Assembly: GCA_040901675.1 (NCBI GenBank) | Contig: JBBDYJ010000015.1 | Coordinates: 57,396 to 121,395, forward strand | From: Pirellulales bacterium | Lineage (GTDB): Bacteria; Planctomycetota; Planctomycetia; Pirellulales; JAICIG01 | Direction: 5' to 3' | Length of the DNA stretch: 64,000 nt | Shown: in pieces, positions 46,784 to 56,355 of the stretch | Layout: the number at the start of each line of letters is the position of its first letter | Position numbering within the stretch: the first letter of the stretch is position 1 | Made by a program: the position numbers and the translations under genes | Notes under the pieces: model-generated | Databases searched by the model: none | What the model was told of the DNA's origin: nothing | Seen by the model: the letters and a program-made list of their open reading frames with translations, nothing else

Positions 46784-47545
46784 TCACATTTCCAGCGTTG
46801 CAAACAGCTTCCGAATCTCGTCGTCGACCTCGTCCGGCCCGGCCACGGTTTGAGCGATCTCGTCCCGGAGCAGCTCGCGGTAGCGGCGGCGAAGCCGGTG
46901 TGCGGCCATCTTGGCGGCTGCCTCGGTCATGTTCAATGCTCCGGCGACGGCCGCGTACGTGGTGCCGGCGTGGTCGCCGATGAGGAATCCCTTGATTTGC
47001 TCGAATTGCCTTCCCTTGCCCGATTGGGCGCACTCCGCCTCGAGCCGTTTCATGACCTGGTCGAGCAGTGCGACGGCCCACTGCCGATCGTACAGTTGCT
47101 CGGCGGTCAGGCCGGGGCGCTGTTCGATGCCGCCTCGCGCATCGGCGGATTCGAAGTCCAGAGGAATGCCAGTTCGGCCTCCGCCCCGTTTTTGGGCCTT
47201 GGCTTTCTGCCACTGCTTGGACAAGAAGTGCTTGAAGGAAGTCAGCAGAAAGGCACGGAACCGGCCTCGGGCGGGCGTTGCGGAGCCGACGTAGTTCTTT
47301 TCCAGCAACTCGGCGAAGAATGCCTGCGTCAGATCCTGGGCCTCTGCGACGTCCCCAACCCGGCGGCGCACGTAGGCGTAGAGCGGATGCCAATACGACT
47401 CGCACAGCGACGCCAACGCACGGCGCGAGCCGCTGGACGAGCGGCGTCCCGCCGCCAGCACGATGCTCCAGCGCGTGGTAGCGAACTGATCGCCACCGGC
47501 CCCCGTCGGGTTCGTGCTATCGCGATTCTCGGACATGCCTGACAA
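46784..47545 (-). CDS. ECF sigma factor of the kinase-associated type
   Basis: FATTRWSIV, YWHPLYAYVRR, AQDLTQAFF, GRFRAFL, HRLRRRY; directly upstream of the kinase. Confidence 0.9.
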   Translation of the reverse strand: MSGMSENRDSTNPTGAGGDQFATTRWSIVLAAGRRSSSGSRRALASLCESYWHPLYAYVRRRVGDVAEAQDLTQAFFAELLEKNYVGSATPARGRFRAFLLTSFKHFLSKQWQKAKAQKRGGGRTGIPLDFESADARGGIEQRPGLTAEQLYDRQWAVALLDQVMKRLEAECAQSGKGRQFEQIKGFLIGDHAGTTYAAVAGALNMTEAAAKMAAHRLRRRYRELLRDEIAQTVAGPDEVDDEIRKLFATLEM

Positions 47546-47766
47546 TTCTAAACGAGGCAGGCTACAAAAACCCCCATTTGCGGGCCGGGGCGCCGTTTGA
47601 CGCTGGCGGTCGGACTTCGGTAGAATGGGACAGGCCCTCCGATGCCGGCCCCTGGCGATCCGTCCATCATTCCGGCGGGAGCAATAGCGCTATCATCCTG
47701 GCGCAGCCGCGTGCGACGCGCGGCGCGCGAAAGTCCGAGCGAATCGGGGAGCTGCGGAGGGCGCCC

Positions 47767-48495
47767 ATGGAAATCATGCATCCGCTGGGCAGGTCGATCG
47801 AAGGCTGGCTGCGATCGCAGATTCATGGCGAGGGACACCGCGAGGGACTGGGTGAAGGCGGTGGGCCGCCGCGCGGATTGACGATCGCCCTGAGCCGTGA
47901 GGTCGGGGCGGGCGGCACGACGGTTGCCCGCGAAATCGGCTCGCGCCTGGGATGGCCCGTCTACGACCAGGAACTGGTCGAACAGATCTCCCGCGCGATG
48001 AACGTGCGGCCCCAGTGGCTGGAGGAGCTGGACGAAAGGCGCTCCAGTTGGCTGGAGGAATGCTTCGAGGCCTTCGCCCGCGTTCCCACGCTGCGCGAGA
48101 ACGTCTACTGCCGCCACCTGATCGAGACCTTGTTCGACCTGGCGGCCCGCGGAAACTGCGTGATTGTGGGCCGCGGCGCCGCCCAGGTGCTGCCTGCCAG
48201 CACGACCCTGCGGGTGCGGCTGCTGGCGACGCTGGAGGATCGCGTCCGGGTGATGGGCCGCGAGTTGAATCTTTCGCCCGACGAGGCAGCGAGCTGGATC
48301 GCAACCAGGGACCGCGAGCGGATTCGTTTCGTCAAGGACCATTTCCGCCAGGATCCGAGCGACCCGCAGGGTTATGACCTGGTGGTCAATACTTCGCGGT
48401 TCGCCGCCGGAGAGTGCGCCGAGCTGGTCATTCGTGCGTTGGAGGCGATGGAAATACGAGTTGGGCGGAAAGCGTCGGCGAAGGCCGCCGTTTGA
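47767..48495 (+). CDS. Cytidylate-kinase-like family protein
   Basis: IALSREVGAGG, VIVGRGA, YDLVVNT. Confidence 0.88.
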   Translation: MEIMHPLGRSIEGWLRSQIHGEGHREGLGEGGGPPRGLTIALSREVGAGGTTVAREIGSRLGWPVYDQELVEQISRAMNVRPQWLEELDERRSSWLEECFEAFARVPTLRENVYCRHLIETLFDLAARGNCVIVGRGAAQVLPASTTLRVRLLATLEDRVRVMGRELNLSPDEAASWIATRDRERIRFVKDHFRQDPSDPQGYDLVVNTSRFAAGECAELVIRALEAMEIRVGRKASAKAAV

Positions 48496-48570
48496 GATCC
48501 GCGGCAGCCGCGCACCGCGTCTCCCGAGAAGGAGCGGCAGTCAGGGGCCTACATTGCGGAGGATTTCGTT

Positions 48571-49155
48571 ATGGCAACGATGCACCAGATTGACGAGTTG
48601 ATGCGGTCTGCCGCGGCGGCCCGCTTTCCCAAGGAGGTCAGCCTGGCCGAGGGCACGTCGCTGACGCTGACTCCCATGGTGGCCTCGGACTGGCCCATGA
48701 TGGAGGAGTTCCTGCGGGACACGCCGGATGACGAGCGGCGGTTCTTCCGCCGCGACGCCTCGGACCCGGCCCGCGTCGAGCGGTGGTGTTCGCAACTCGA
48801 TTACGGCCACGTGTTGCCCCTCTTCGCCTGGTGGGGTGAGTCGATCGGGGCCGACGTTATCTTGGAGCGAGATTCGGGACTCTGGACCTCGCACGTCGCC
48901 AAAGTGCGGCTGCTCGTCAAGCCGGCGTTCCGAGGCCGAGGCCTGGGACGCCAAATGATCAACGAAGTGATCGAGCTGGCCCGGCTTTTCGACCTGCACA
49001 AGCTGTGCTACGAGTGTGCCGCCGACCAGCACGCGCTGGTGGCGTTTCTGAGTGCCTGCGGCTTCAGCGAGGCCGCCCGGCTGGAGGACTTCATCCGCGA
49101 TCGCGACGGCGTCTTTCACGACATGGTCATTATGGTCTACGACCTGGCGGGATAA
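48571..49155 (+). CDS. GNAT acetyltransferase
   Basis: FRGRGLG acetyl-CoA motif, CGFSEAARL; GGAGG RBS. Confidence 0.82.
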   Translation: MATMHQIDELMRSAAAARFPKEVSLAEGTSLTLTPMVASDWPMMEEFLRDTPDDERRFFRRDASDPARVERWCSQLDYGHVLPLFAWWGESIGADVILERDSGLWTSHVAKVRLLVKPAFRGRGLGRQMINEVIELARLFDLHKLCYECAADQHALVAFLSACGFSEAARLEDFIRDRDGVFHDMVIMVYDLAG

Positions 49156-49173
49156 GAAGTGCTCCGACTCACC

Positions 49174-50238
49174 TCAATCAACCGGCGATTGTTCCTGGAC
49201 CGGCTGGAGGTGGCCTGGTTTTTCCGGAGCTGTTGGTGGCGCTTTGAGTTCCACCGATCCGTTAAAGAACTTCGTCACCCGGCTCAGGCCGTCGAAGATA
49301 AATCGCATGGCCGAATAGTGGCCGGCGTCCATCCAGACGATCTCCGGTTGGCCGAAAGCGCGCCACAGCGACTCGGTGCAGGCGCGGGGGATGATCTCAT
49401 CGTGGCTGGCGTTGAGCATCAGGATCCGCCGCCCCCGCACGTTTTCGCCGTAGGTCACCGGGTCGATCGGCTTCAACAGCTCGAAGAACTCCTCGCGCGT
49501 GCCCCCCTGCCCCAGCCATTGCTCGCGAAGCCGGGCCAGTTTCGAGCTGCTCCAGCTCACCTGGGCCACGTCGCCGCCGGCCAGCATCAGGCAGATGTTG
49601 GCGAAACGCGGCTCGGCCGTGGCGGCCAGCGCCCCGGTGATCCCACCCAGGCTGATGCCGAAGATGCCCAACTGCTGGGCATCGACCTCGCTCTGGGCGG
49701 CCAGCCAGGCGGCCCCCCGGCGGATATCGAGCACAGCCTGCCGCATTCCCTGGACCGTCTGGCGGGGATCGGTGGAGACCATCCGCGCGTCGACGCCCGG
49801 CTGCCGGCGGGGACCGTAGTAGGGGAGCTTGATGAACAGGGCCGCCACCCCGTTGCCGGCAAGCTGGCGGGCAAAGAGGCGGGAGAGGTTGAAATCGCCT
49901 CCCAGGATGTGCAAGACCACGACGGCCGGATGTTTGCCCTCGGCGAGCGGCCGGTAGTACTCGGCGTGAACGGTGTTGTTGTTGGCGTGCGGTGTTTCCA
50001 CGGGCGACGGGAACGTGACCTCGTAGATGGCCATCGAGGTCGAGACGGTCTCCAACGGCGCCTGCCGGAAGTCGAACTCATGTGGATCGAGGCGAAACAG
50101 CTCCGGCAGCGCGTCCTCATTGGCGGCTGGCTGGAATTCGATCCGTCCGGTGCGCTGCGGCTCTTTCGGCTCCGCGATCGCCAAGCCGTGCAGGCAGAAT
50201 GACAGCACCAGGAACGCTACGGTGGTTCGGATGCTCAT
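49174..50238 (-). CDS. Exported alpha/beta hydrolase
   Basis: Signal peptide, GISLGG nucleophile elbow, HDEII, AGHY. Confidence 0.85.
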   Translation of the reverse strand: MSIRTTVAFLVLSFCLHGLAIAEPKEPQRTGRIEFQPAANEDALPELFRLDPHEFDFRQAPLETVSTSMAIYEVTFPSPVETPHANNNTVHAEYYRPLAEGKHPAVVVLHILGGDFNLSRLFARQLAGNGVAALFIKLPYYGPRRQPGVDARMVSTDPRQTVQGMRQAVLDIRRGAAWLAAQSEVDAQQLGIFGISLGGITGALAATAEPRFANICLMLAGGDVAQVSWSSSKLARLREQWLGQGGTREEFFELLKPIDPVTYGENVRGRRILMLNASHDEIIPRACTESLWRAFGQPEIVWMDAGHYSAMRFIFDGLSRVTKFFNGSVELKAPPTAPEKPGHLQPVQEQSPVD

Positions 50239-50524
50239 GCCTGATAGGGTACATGGGACCGGGGAGCGAAGGAAGGCGGAAGGAATGATCTTGGTACTTA
50301 GGAGTTGGGCCTTGGGGAAGACTCCGAAGCCGGACTTCGGCGAGCTCAGTCGAGGCGAGCCCGAAGTACAAAGAGCCAAGCACGGACGGACGAAGACTGG
50401 GGCACGCTTATCGCTTTGCCCCAGCCACCCAACCGCGTCATCGCGTCCCCTCGCCCCTTGGAACCGCTATTGGGGGATGTTGCCCGTCCCGGCTATCATT
50501 GCGGCGAAAGGGCCCCCGCCAAGC

Positions 50525-50974
50525 ATGAAACGCTGCGAAAAACTCGTGTTTACCAACGGATGCTTCGACATGCTGCACCCGGGGCACGTCGACTTGCTCG
50601 AGCGGGCCCGCTCGTTGGGAGACCGCCTGGTCGTCGGGCTCAATAGCGACGCCTCCGTGCGGCGATTGAAGGGACCCGAAAGGCCCTACGTCGCCGAGAA
50701 CGACCGGCGGAGAATGCTCCTGGCCCTGCGCAGCGTCGACGAGGTGATCGTCTTCGATGAGCCGACCCCCCAGCGGTTGATCGAGCGGGTGCGGCCCGAT
50801 GTGCTTGTCAAAGGGGGCGACTGGTCGGTCGACGCTATCGCAGGCGCCCAGTGGGTGCTGGCCCATGGCGGCCAGGTGCACACGCTCGAGCTGCTGAGCG
50901 GATACTCGACCACTTCGATCGTTCAGTATATCAGGCAGCGCGCGGCGAGCATCCCATGGCGACGAGCGTCCTGA
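50525..50974 (+). CDS. rfaE2: D-glycero-beta-D-manno-heptose 1-phosphate adenylyltransferase
   Basis: FTNGCFDMLHPGH, VGLNSDASVRRLKG, LVKGGDW, STTSI. Confidence 0.92.
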   Translation: MKRCEKLVFTNGCFDMLHPGHVDLLERARSLGDRLVVGLNSDASVRRLKGPERPYVAENDRRRMLLALRSVDEVIVFDEPTPQRLIERVRPDVLVKGGDWSVDAIAGAQWVLAHGGQVHTLELLSGYSTTSIVQYIRQRAASIPWRRAS

Positions 50975-52074
50975 TCGTCAAACTCAGCTCGATGGGCGAC
51001 GTGATCCACACGTTGCCGGCGGCCCAGGCCATTCGCGCCCGCCTGCCCAATGCCAGGTTGGGCTGGGCGGTCGAATCCAGGCATGCCGATATCGTGCGCG
51101 GCCAGCCCTGGCTGGACGAAGTGATCGAGTGGGACCGCCGCGGCCCGCGGGCTTTCTTCGACTTCGTGCGGCGATTGCGGCGAGGCCGCTGGGACGTGGC
51201 GATCGACTTCCAAGGGCTGTTGCGAAGCGGCCTGGTCAGCCGGCTGAGTGGAGCGCGGCGGCGGATCGGCGTCACGCCATCGCGTGAGATGGCCCACTGG
51301 TTCTACAACGACCGGGTGCCGCTGGCGACCATGGATCGGCACGCCGTCGAGCGGTCGGTCGAGCTGGCCGAAAGGCTGATCGGCGACGCATCCGGCGTAA
51401 CCGCGGTGCCAATCGAGCGGCCTTACCTGGAGAATGCGCCGCCGGTCGAGACGCTCGCCGTCAAGCGGCTGTTCCCGCTCGAACCGTCGGACGACGACGT
51501 GCGGGCGGTGCAGACCTGGCTGGCCGAGCGCGCGTTCGATCCGCTGGCCGAGCGGCTGGTGTTGTTGAACCCGCATTGCCGCCGCGAGGCCAATCGTTGG
51601 CCGGCGGCCCGCTTCAGCGACCTGGCCGCCAGGCTGTTGGCGTTGCCCGGGATGCGGGTGGCGGTGGTCGGCGGGCCGACGGCGCGCGAGCTGTGCGAGC
51701 GGATCGCGGCGCCCTTGGGCGAGGCCGTGTGGCGGGCCGACGGACGCTTCAGCCTGTTGGGTTCGGCGACGCTGTTTTCCCGTTCGACGCTGCTGGTCAC
51801 GGGCGACACGGGCCCGATGCACCTGGCGGCGGCGGTGGGGACGCCGGTGGTGGCCCTGTTCGGCGCATCGAACCCCGTGCGGACCGGTCCCTACACCAGC
51901 GACGCGATCGCCTTGAATCGGCGCCTGGCGTGCTCTCCCTGCCTGGCCCGGCGTTGCCCGCTCGGCCATCGCCCGCCGCTGTGCATGCACGAGATCAGCG
52001 TGGACCAGGTCTTTTCCGCGGTGCTCTTGCGGCTATCTTTGGGCGACAGCCAGGCGGCGCGGAAGTCGGCGTGA
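50956..52074 (+). CDS. GT9 LPS heptosyltransferase
   Basis: KLSSMGDVIHTLP, DFQGLLRS, GDTGPMHLAAAVGTP. Confidence 0.92.
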   Translation: MATSVLIVKLSSMGDVIHTLPAAQAIRARLPNARLGWAVESRHADIVRGQPWLDEVIEWDRRGPRAFFDFVRRLRRGRWDVAIDFQGLLRSGLVSRLSGARRRIGVTPSREMAHWFYNDRVPLATMDRHAVERSVELAERLIGDASGVTAVPIERPYLENAPPVETLAVKRLFPLEPSDDDVRAVQTWLAERAFDPLAERLVLLNPHCRREANRWPAARFSDLAARLLALPGMRVAVVGGPTARELCERIAAPLGEAVWRADGRFSLLGSATLFSRSTLLVTGDTGPMHLAAAVGTPVVALFGASNPVRTGPYTSDAIALNRRLACSPCLARRCPLGHRPPLCMHEISVDQVFSAVLLRLSLGDSQAARKSA

Positions 52075-52171
52075 GGATGTGAGTGCGCCCGCCGGCGGCA
52101 TCGGGCGACGCCCAACTTGGCCCGCGGTACAATGGGTGCAAGGAAACTGTTCCTTGGTGGAGAGCCTTGCA

Positions 52172-53155
52172 ATGCGGAAAGTCTCGGGCCAGTTTCTTTA
52201 CCTGGCCGCGGTGCTGGCGGCATCGTGCCTGGTTGTCGGCGCGGTGGCGGTCGATTGGGTGTCGTCGCGCCAAGCCCGGGCAACGCCCCGGCAGGCCGAC
52301 TTACGCGACATCCCCTTCGACGGCCGGCAGGCCTATGAATACTTGGAGCAACTTTGCAAGCTCGGTCCGCGGCCCAGCGGGTCGGCCGCAATGCAGGCCC
52401 AGCGAGAGCTGCTGGTCGAGCATTTTGAGAGCCTGGGAGCGCAGGTCGAATTGCAAACGTTCGACGTCCGCCACCCACTGGATGGCTCGGCCGTGCGGAT
52501 GGCCAACGTGGTGGCCCGCTGGCACCCCCAGCGGCGAGCGCGGATCCTGCTGTGCGCGCACTACGACACGCGGCCCTTTCCCGATCTCGATCCACGCGAC
52601 CCGCGGGGCATTTTCGTGGGCGCGAACGACGGGGCCAGCGGCGTGGCGGTGCTGATGGAGCTGGCCCGTTCGATGAGCGATCTCGAAGGGCGGCTGGGGG
52701 TTGACTTCGCGCTCTTCGATGGCGAGGAGCTCGTCTTCGACGAACGGGGGGAGTACTTCCTCGGTTCGACGCACTTCGCCCGCAAGTACGCCGCCGACAA
52801 GAAGGCCGACCGGTATCGCTGGGGGGTGCTGCTGGACATGGTGGGCGACGCCGACTTGCAGGTGTACCAGGAAGTGAACAGCATGCGCTGGCCCGAGACC
52901 AGGCCGCTGGTGCACAGCATCTGGAACACGGCCCGGCGGCTGGGCGTGCGGGAGTTCGTGGCCCGGCCCAGGCACGAGGTGCGCGACGATCACTTGCCGT
53001 TGCGCAATATCGGCGGCATCGCAACCTGCAACGTGATTGATTTCGACTACCCGCACTGGCACACCACCCAGGACACGCCTGACAAGTGCTCGGCCCTGAG
53101 CCTGGCCAAGGTGGGCTGGGTGGTCCAGGAGTGGCTCGAGACCGCGGTGAAGTAG
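52172..53155 (+). CDS. M28 family peptidase / glutaminyl cyclase-like
   Basis: CAHYDTR, GANDGASG, FDGEE, LLDMVG, DDHLP, WHT. Confidence 0.9.
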   Translation: MRKVSGQFLYLAAVLAASCLVVGAVAVDWVSSRQARATPRQADLRDIPFDGRQAYEYLEQLCKLGPRPSGSAAMQAQRELLVEHFESLGAQVELQTFDVRHPLDGSAVRMANVVARWHPQRRARILLCAHYDTRPFPDLDPRDPRGIFVGANDGASGVAVLMELARSMSDLEGRLGVDFALFDGEELVFDERGEYFLGSTHFARKYAADKKADRYRWGVLLDMVGDADLQVYQEVNSMRWPETRPLVHSIWNTARRLGVREFVARPRHEVRDDHLPLRNIGGIATCNVIDFDYPHWHTTQDTPDKCSALSLAKVGWVVQEWLETAVK

Positions 53156-53175
53156 AAAGCCTTTGTAGGAAGCCT

Positions 53176-53622
53176 TTGGACGTCGCCTGGCAGGTTTTGT
53201 TTCCGCTGTTGATCCTCTGCCTGGCGGCGGGACTGCTCCATTCGCACTTGCGCACCTGGCGGTGGGCGCGCGGCGCGTCGTTGGATCGCTTGGAGTACGA
53301 CTTCCGCCGCCGGCAGTTCCGCCGCCGCGTGCAGGCCAGCGCCATGCTGGCGTTGGTGGGCCTGGCCCTGTTTGCCGGGCAGTTGCTCCCCTGGCGCCGC
53401 TGGCCTTCGCTGTACGTGTTCTTCTGGTGCGGCGTGATGCTGCTCGTGTTCTGGGTGGCCTTGCTGGCGCTGGCCGACGTGATCGCCACCAACGCCTATG
53501 CCCGGCGGGTGCGCACGCAGCGGCTAGTCGAGCAGGCGCAGCGCCGCGCGCGGCTCGAGGAGGAGCCGAAGGCCGGCGACGGCCGGGACCACGGGCGGAA
53601 CAGCATCGATGGCTTGTCATGA
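53176..53622 (+). CDS. Hypothetical membrane protein
   Basis: Three hydrophobic helices, QFRRRVQAS; start inferred. Confidence 0.7.
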   Translation: MDVAWQVLFPLLILCLAAGLLHSHLRTWRWARGASLDRLEYDFRRRQFRRRVQASAMLALVGLALFAGQLLPWRRWPSLYVFFWCGVMLLVFWVALLALADVIATNAYARRVRTQRLVEQAQRRARLEEEPKAGDGRDHGRNSIDGLS

Positions 53623-53662
53623 GTTGCCCATGTGGATACAATGTAGCTACCTGGAGGTCGTC

Positions 53663-53917
53663 ATGAAAACTCGCATCGTACGAATCGGAAACTCACAAGG
53701 CATCCGAATCCCGAAGCCGCTGATTGAGCAGACTGGCCTGAGTGGCGAAGTCGAAATCAACGTGCAGGACGACTCCCTAGTTATCAGCAAGGCTAAAAAA
53801 CCGCGTGCTGGCTGGGCGGCCGCCTTTCAAGAGATGGCGAAGCAGGGGGACGACGCCTTGCTCGACGACGAATCGCCGTTGTCTAACTGGGACGAGGACG
53901 AGTGGCAGTGGCCGTAA
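53663..53917 (+). CDS. mazE: MazE/AbrB-type antitoxin
   Basis: RIGNSQGIRIPK, acidic Trp tail; GGAGG RBS; palindromic GATACAATGTAGC upstream. Confidence 0.9.
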   Translation: MKTRIVRIGNSQGIRIPKPLIEQTGLSGEVEINVQDDSLVISKAKKPRAGWAAAFQEMAKQGDDALLDDESPLSNWDEDEWQWP

Positions 53918-54231
53918 ACCGCTTTGAGGTTTATCTCGTCAGTCTGGACCCGACGATCGGTAGCGAGATCACGAAAACGCGCCCGTGTCTCATAGTGTCT
54001 CCGAACGACATGAACCATAGTATCCGAACGGTCATCGTTGCTCCGATGACGACCAGAGCGCGCCGATATCCCAGCCGTGTCTCGTGCCGATTTAAAGGCA
54101 CGAGCGGACAGGTTGTTCTCGACCAGATCCGCACGGTGGATAGAAGCAGGTTGATTAAGCGTCTCGGGCGCTTGGATAATAAGGCTTCGGTAAATGTTCT
54201 CGACGTACTGCGGCAAATGTTCTCGCCCTGA
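53902..54231 (+). CDS. mazF: MazF/PemK endoribonuclease toxin
   Basis: LDPTIGSEITKTRPCLIVSP, VAPMT, DQIRTVD. Confidence 0.93.
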   Translation: MAVAVNRFEVYLVSLDPTIGSEITKTRPCLIVSPNDMNHSIRTVIVAPMTTRARRYPSRVSCRFKGTSGQVVLDQIRTVDRSRLIKRLGRLDNKASVNVLDVLRQMFSP

Positions 54232-54319
54232 ATACGGACCGTGTCGGGTCGCGACACGGCGGGGCGGGCTGGCGATTGAGCTTGGCGGGATGGTCCGCGG
54301 CCTCCGAAATCGTAATTTG

Positions 54320-54525
54320 AAAGCTGACGGCTGAACACTTTCTACTGGGGCACCCCGGCGCGCCGGGACTTTGCCCCAGCAACCCAGGCCATTGGCCCCC
54401 AGCCACTTCCGTGACTATCTACTGGGGCACGCTGACGCTTTGCCCCAGCCACCCGCCGACCTCTGACCTCTGACTTCTGACCTCTGACTTCCGGTACACG
54501 CTGACGCTTTGCCCCAGCCACCCGG
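54320..54525. repeat. Cluster of three ACTGGGGCAC..GCCCCAGCCACCC REP-like copies and a CCTCTGA heptamer array
   Basis: Directly visible. Confidence 0.85.
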
Positions 54526-54643
54526 TGAAAGGACCGCATGCATGCGGATCACTACGAGCCGGGGCTGATTGACCGCCAAGGGGCGGGTGCTTAGATTACA
54601 CTGCTTTGGCACGTGGTCGGATCCCGACTGGAAAAAACTGCCG

Positions 54644-55294
54644 ATGGACTCGTTTCGCTTGTGCGTCGCCTTGGGCCCCCTGGCGGTCTATCTCCTGCTG
54701 CTGGGAGCAATCAACCTCTCGCGGCGGCCGTTCCTGGTCACCGGGGGGCGCGACCTGGCGGCGCTCGGCGTGGCCGTGTCGGGCATGATGCTGGTGGGCC
54801 CGATCGAACTCTTGCTGCCAGAGGACGCCGTCAACCTCTATCGCGCCTACGTCTGGCTGCTGGCCATCGTGATGTACTCGCTCTGCCTGTCGCTGGCCGT
54901 GTTGGTATCGCGGCCGCGGCTGACGATCTACAACATGACGGTCGACGAGCTGCGGCCGGTGCTGGCCGGCGCGATCGACGTGCTGGATCCGGATGCGCGA
55001 TGGGCCGGCAGCAGCCTGTCGCTGCCCAGGCTGCACGTCGAGCTGCACCTGGAACCAAGCCCCGCCATGCGGAACGTGTCGCTGGTGGCCTCCGGCGAAC
55101 AGCAGAGCTTTGCCGGCTGGCGGCACCTGGAGCTGGCGCTGGCTGCCCGGCTCAAGCCCTCCGAATCGCAGCCCAACGTCTGGGGGCTGGCCCTCACGCT
55201 CACCGGGCTGGTGATGGTGGTGGCGATGGGCTGGCAACTGGCCGTACACCCGCAGGAGATCACCCAAGGATTCCGCGACATGTTGCGTTTGTAG
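54644..55294 (+). CDS. Hypothetical membrane protein
   Basis: Four hydrophobic helices; RPRLTIYN motif. Confidence 0.75.
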   Translation: MDSFRLCVALGPLAVYLLLLGAINLSRRPFLVTGGRDLAALGVAVSGMMLVGPIELLLPEDAVNLYRAYVWLLAIVMYSLCLSLAVLVSRPRLTIYNMTVDELRPVLAGAIDVLDPDARWAGSSLSLPRLHVELHLEPSPAMRNVSLVASGEQQSFAGWRHLELALAARLKPSESQPNVWGLALTLTGLVMVVAMGWQLAVHPQEITQGFRDMLRL

Positions 55295-55330
55295 TCGTTG
55301 ATCGAGCCCTAACGATACCGGAGAGTCTCC

Positions 55331-56233
55331 ATGAAGCGCCGCCAGATGTTGCTCACGACCGGCATGGCCGCCCTCGGCCTGTCCCATTTTCCGCTCGGCT
55401 GGGCCCGGGCCGAGCAGGACAAACAGCGCAAGCTGCTGATGTTCACCAAGAGCTCGGGGTTCGAGCATTCCAGTTGCAAGCGCGAGGGAGACAACCTGGC
55501 CCACAATGAGCGGGTGATGACCGAGCTGGGACGGCAGCACAACTTCGAGGTCACCGCTACGAAAGACGGCCGCATCTTCGACAGCGACCTGGACGCCTAC
55601 GACGCGTTTTTCTTCTACACGACCGGCGACCTGACCCAGGCCGGCAACGACAAGACCCCGCCCATGTCGCCCCAGGGAAAAGAGCGGCTGCTGGCCGCGG
55701 TGGCCGCCGGCAAAGGCTTTCTGGCGTCGCACTGCGGGGCCGACACGTTCCACTCTCCCGCCGGCCACCTCGAAGGCCGGGCCCGCGAGCGGCAGACCGA
55801 CGTCGACCCGTACATCGCCATGCTGGGCGGCGAGTTCATCAGTCACGGACCGCAACAAGTGGCCCGCATGGTGGTGACAGCCAGGCAATTCCCGGGCTGC
55901 GGCGAACTGGGCGAGAGCTTCGAGATCAACGACGAGTGGTACTCGCTCAAGAATTTCGCCGACGACCTGCACGTGATCCTGGTGCAGGACACGCAGGGCA
56001 TGGACGGCAAGGACTATCACCGGCCCCCGTACCCAGCCACCTGGGCCAGGCTGCACGGCAAGGGGCGTGTTTTCTACACCTCGATGGGTCACCGCGAAGA
56101 CGTCTGGACCGACGAGCGCTTCCAGCAACTGGTGTTGGGCGGGCTGGCCTGGGCGGTGGGCGACGCCGAATTCGAACCGCGTCCCAACATGAAAGAGGTG
56201 ACGCCGGGAGCCCACGTCATGCCGCCGGCGTGA
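55331..56233 (+). CDS. ThuA-like (class I glutamine-amidotransferase fold) protein with Tat-like leader
   Basis: MKRRQ leader, KSSGFEHS, FYTTGD, DEWY, GKGRVFYTSMGHREDVW. Confidence 0.88.
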   Translation: MKRRQMLLTTGMAALGLSHFPLGWARAEQDKQRKLLMFTKSSGFEHSSCKREGDNLAHNERVMTELGRQHNFEVTATKDGRIFDSDLDAYDAFFFYTTGDLTQAGNDKTPPMSPQGKERLLAAVAAGKGFLASHCGADTFHSPAGHLEGRARERQTDVDPYIAMLGGEFISHGPQQVARMVVTARQFPGCGELGESFEINDEWYSLKNFADDLHVILVQDTQGMDGKDYHRPPYPATWARLHGKGRVFYTSMGHREDVWTDERFQQLVLGGLAWAVGDAEFEPRPNMKEVTPGAHVMPPA

Positions 56234-56238
56234 AGGCC

Positions 56239-56355
56239 ATGAAGATCGCGCGGGTCGATACGTTTCTGGTGGACGTGCCGCAGAAGTATCCGATCGCACC
56301 GTACCAGTCGCGCTACACTTCTTCCACCCAGGCCAGATCGGGCACCAGGAGGTAG
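56239..56355 (+). pseudogene. N-terminal remnant of a mandelate racemase/enolase-superfamily gene
   Basis: MKIARVDTFLVDVP is a typical N-terminus; it runs into the convergent gene after ~25 codons. Confidence 0.55.
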
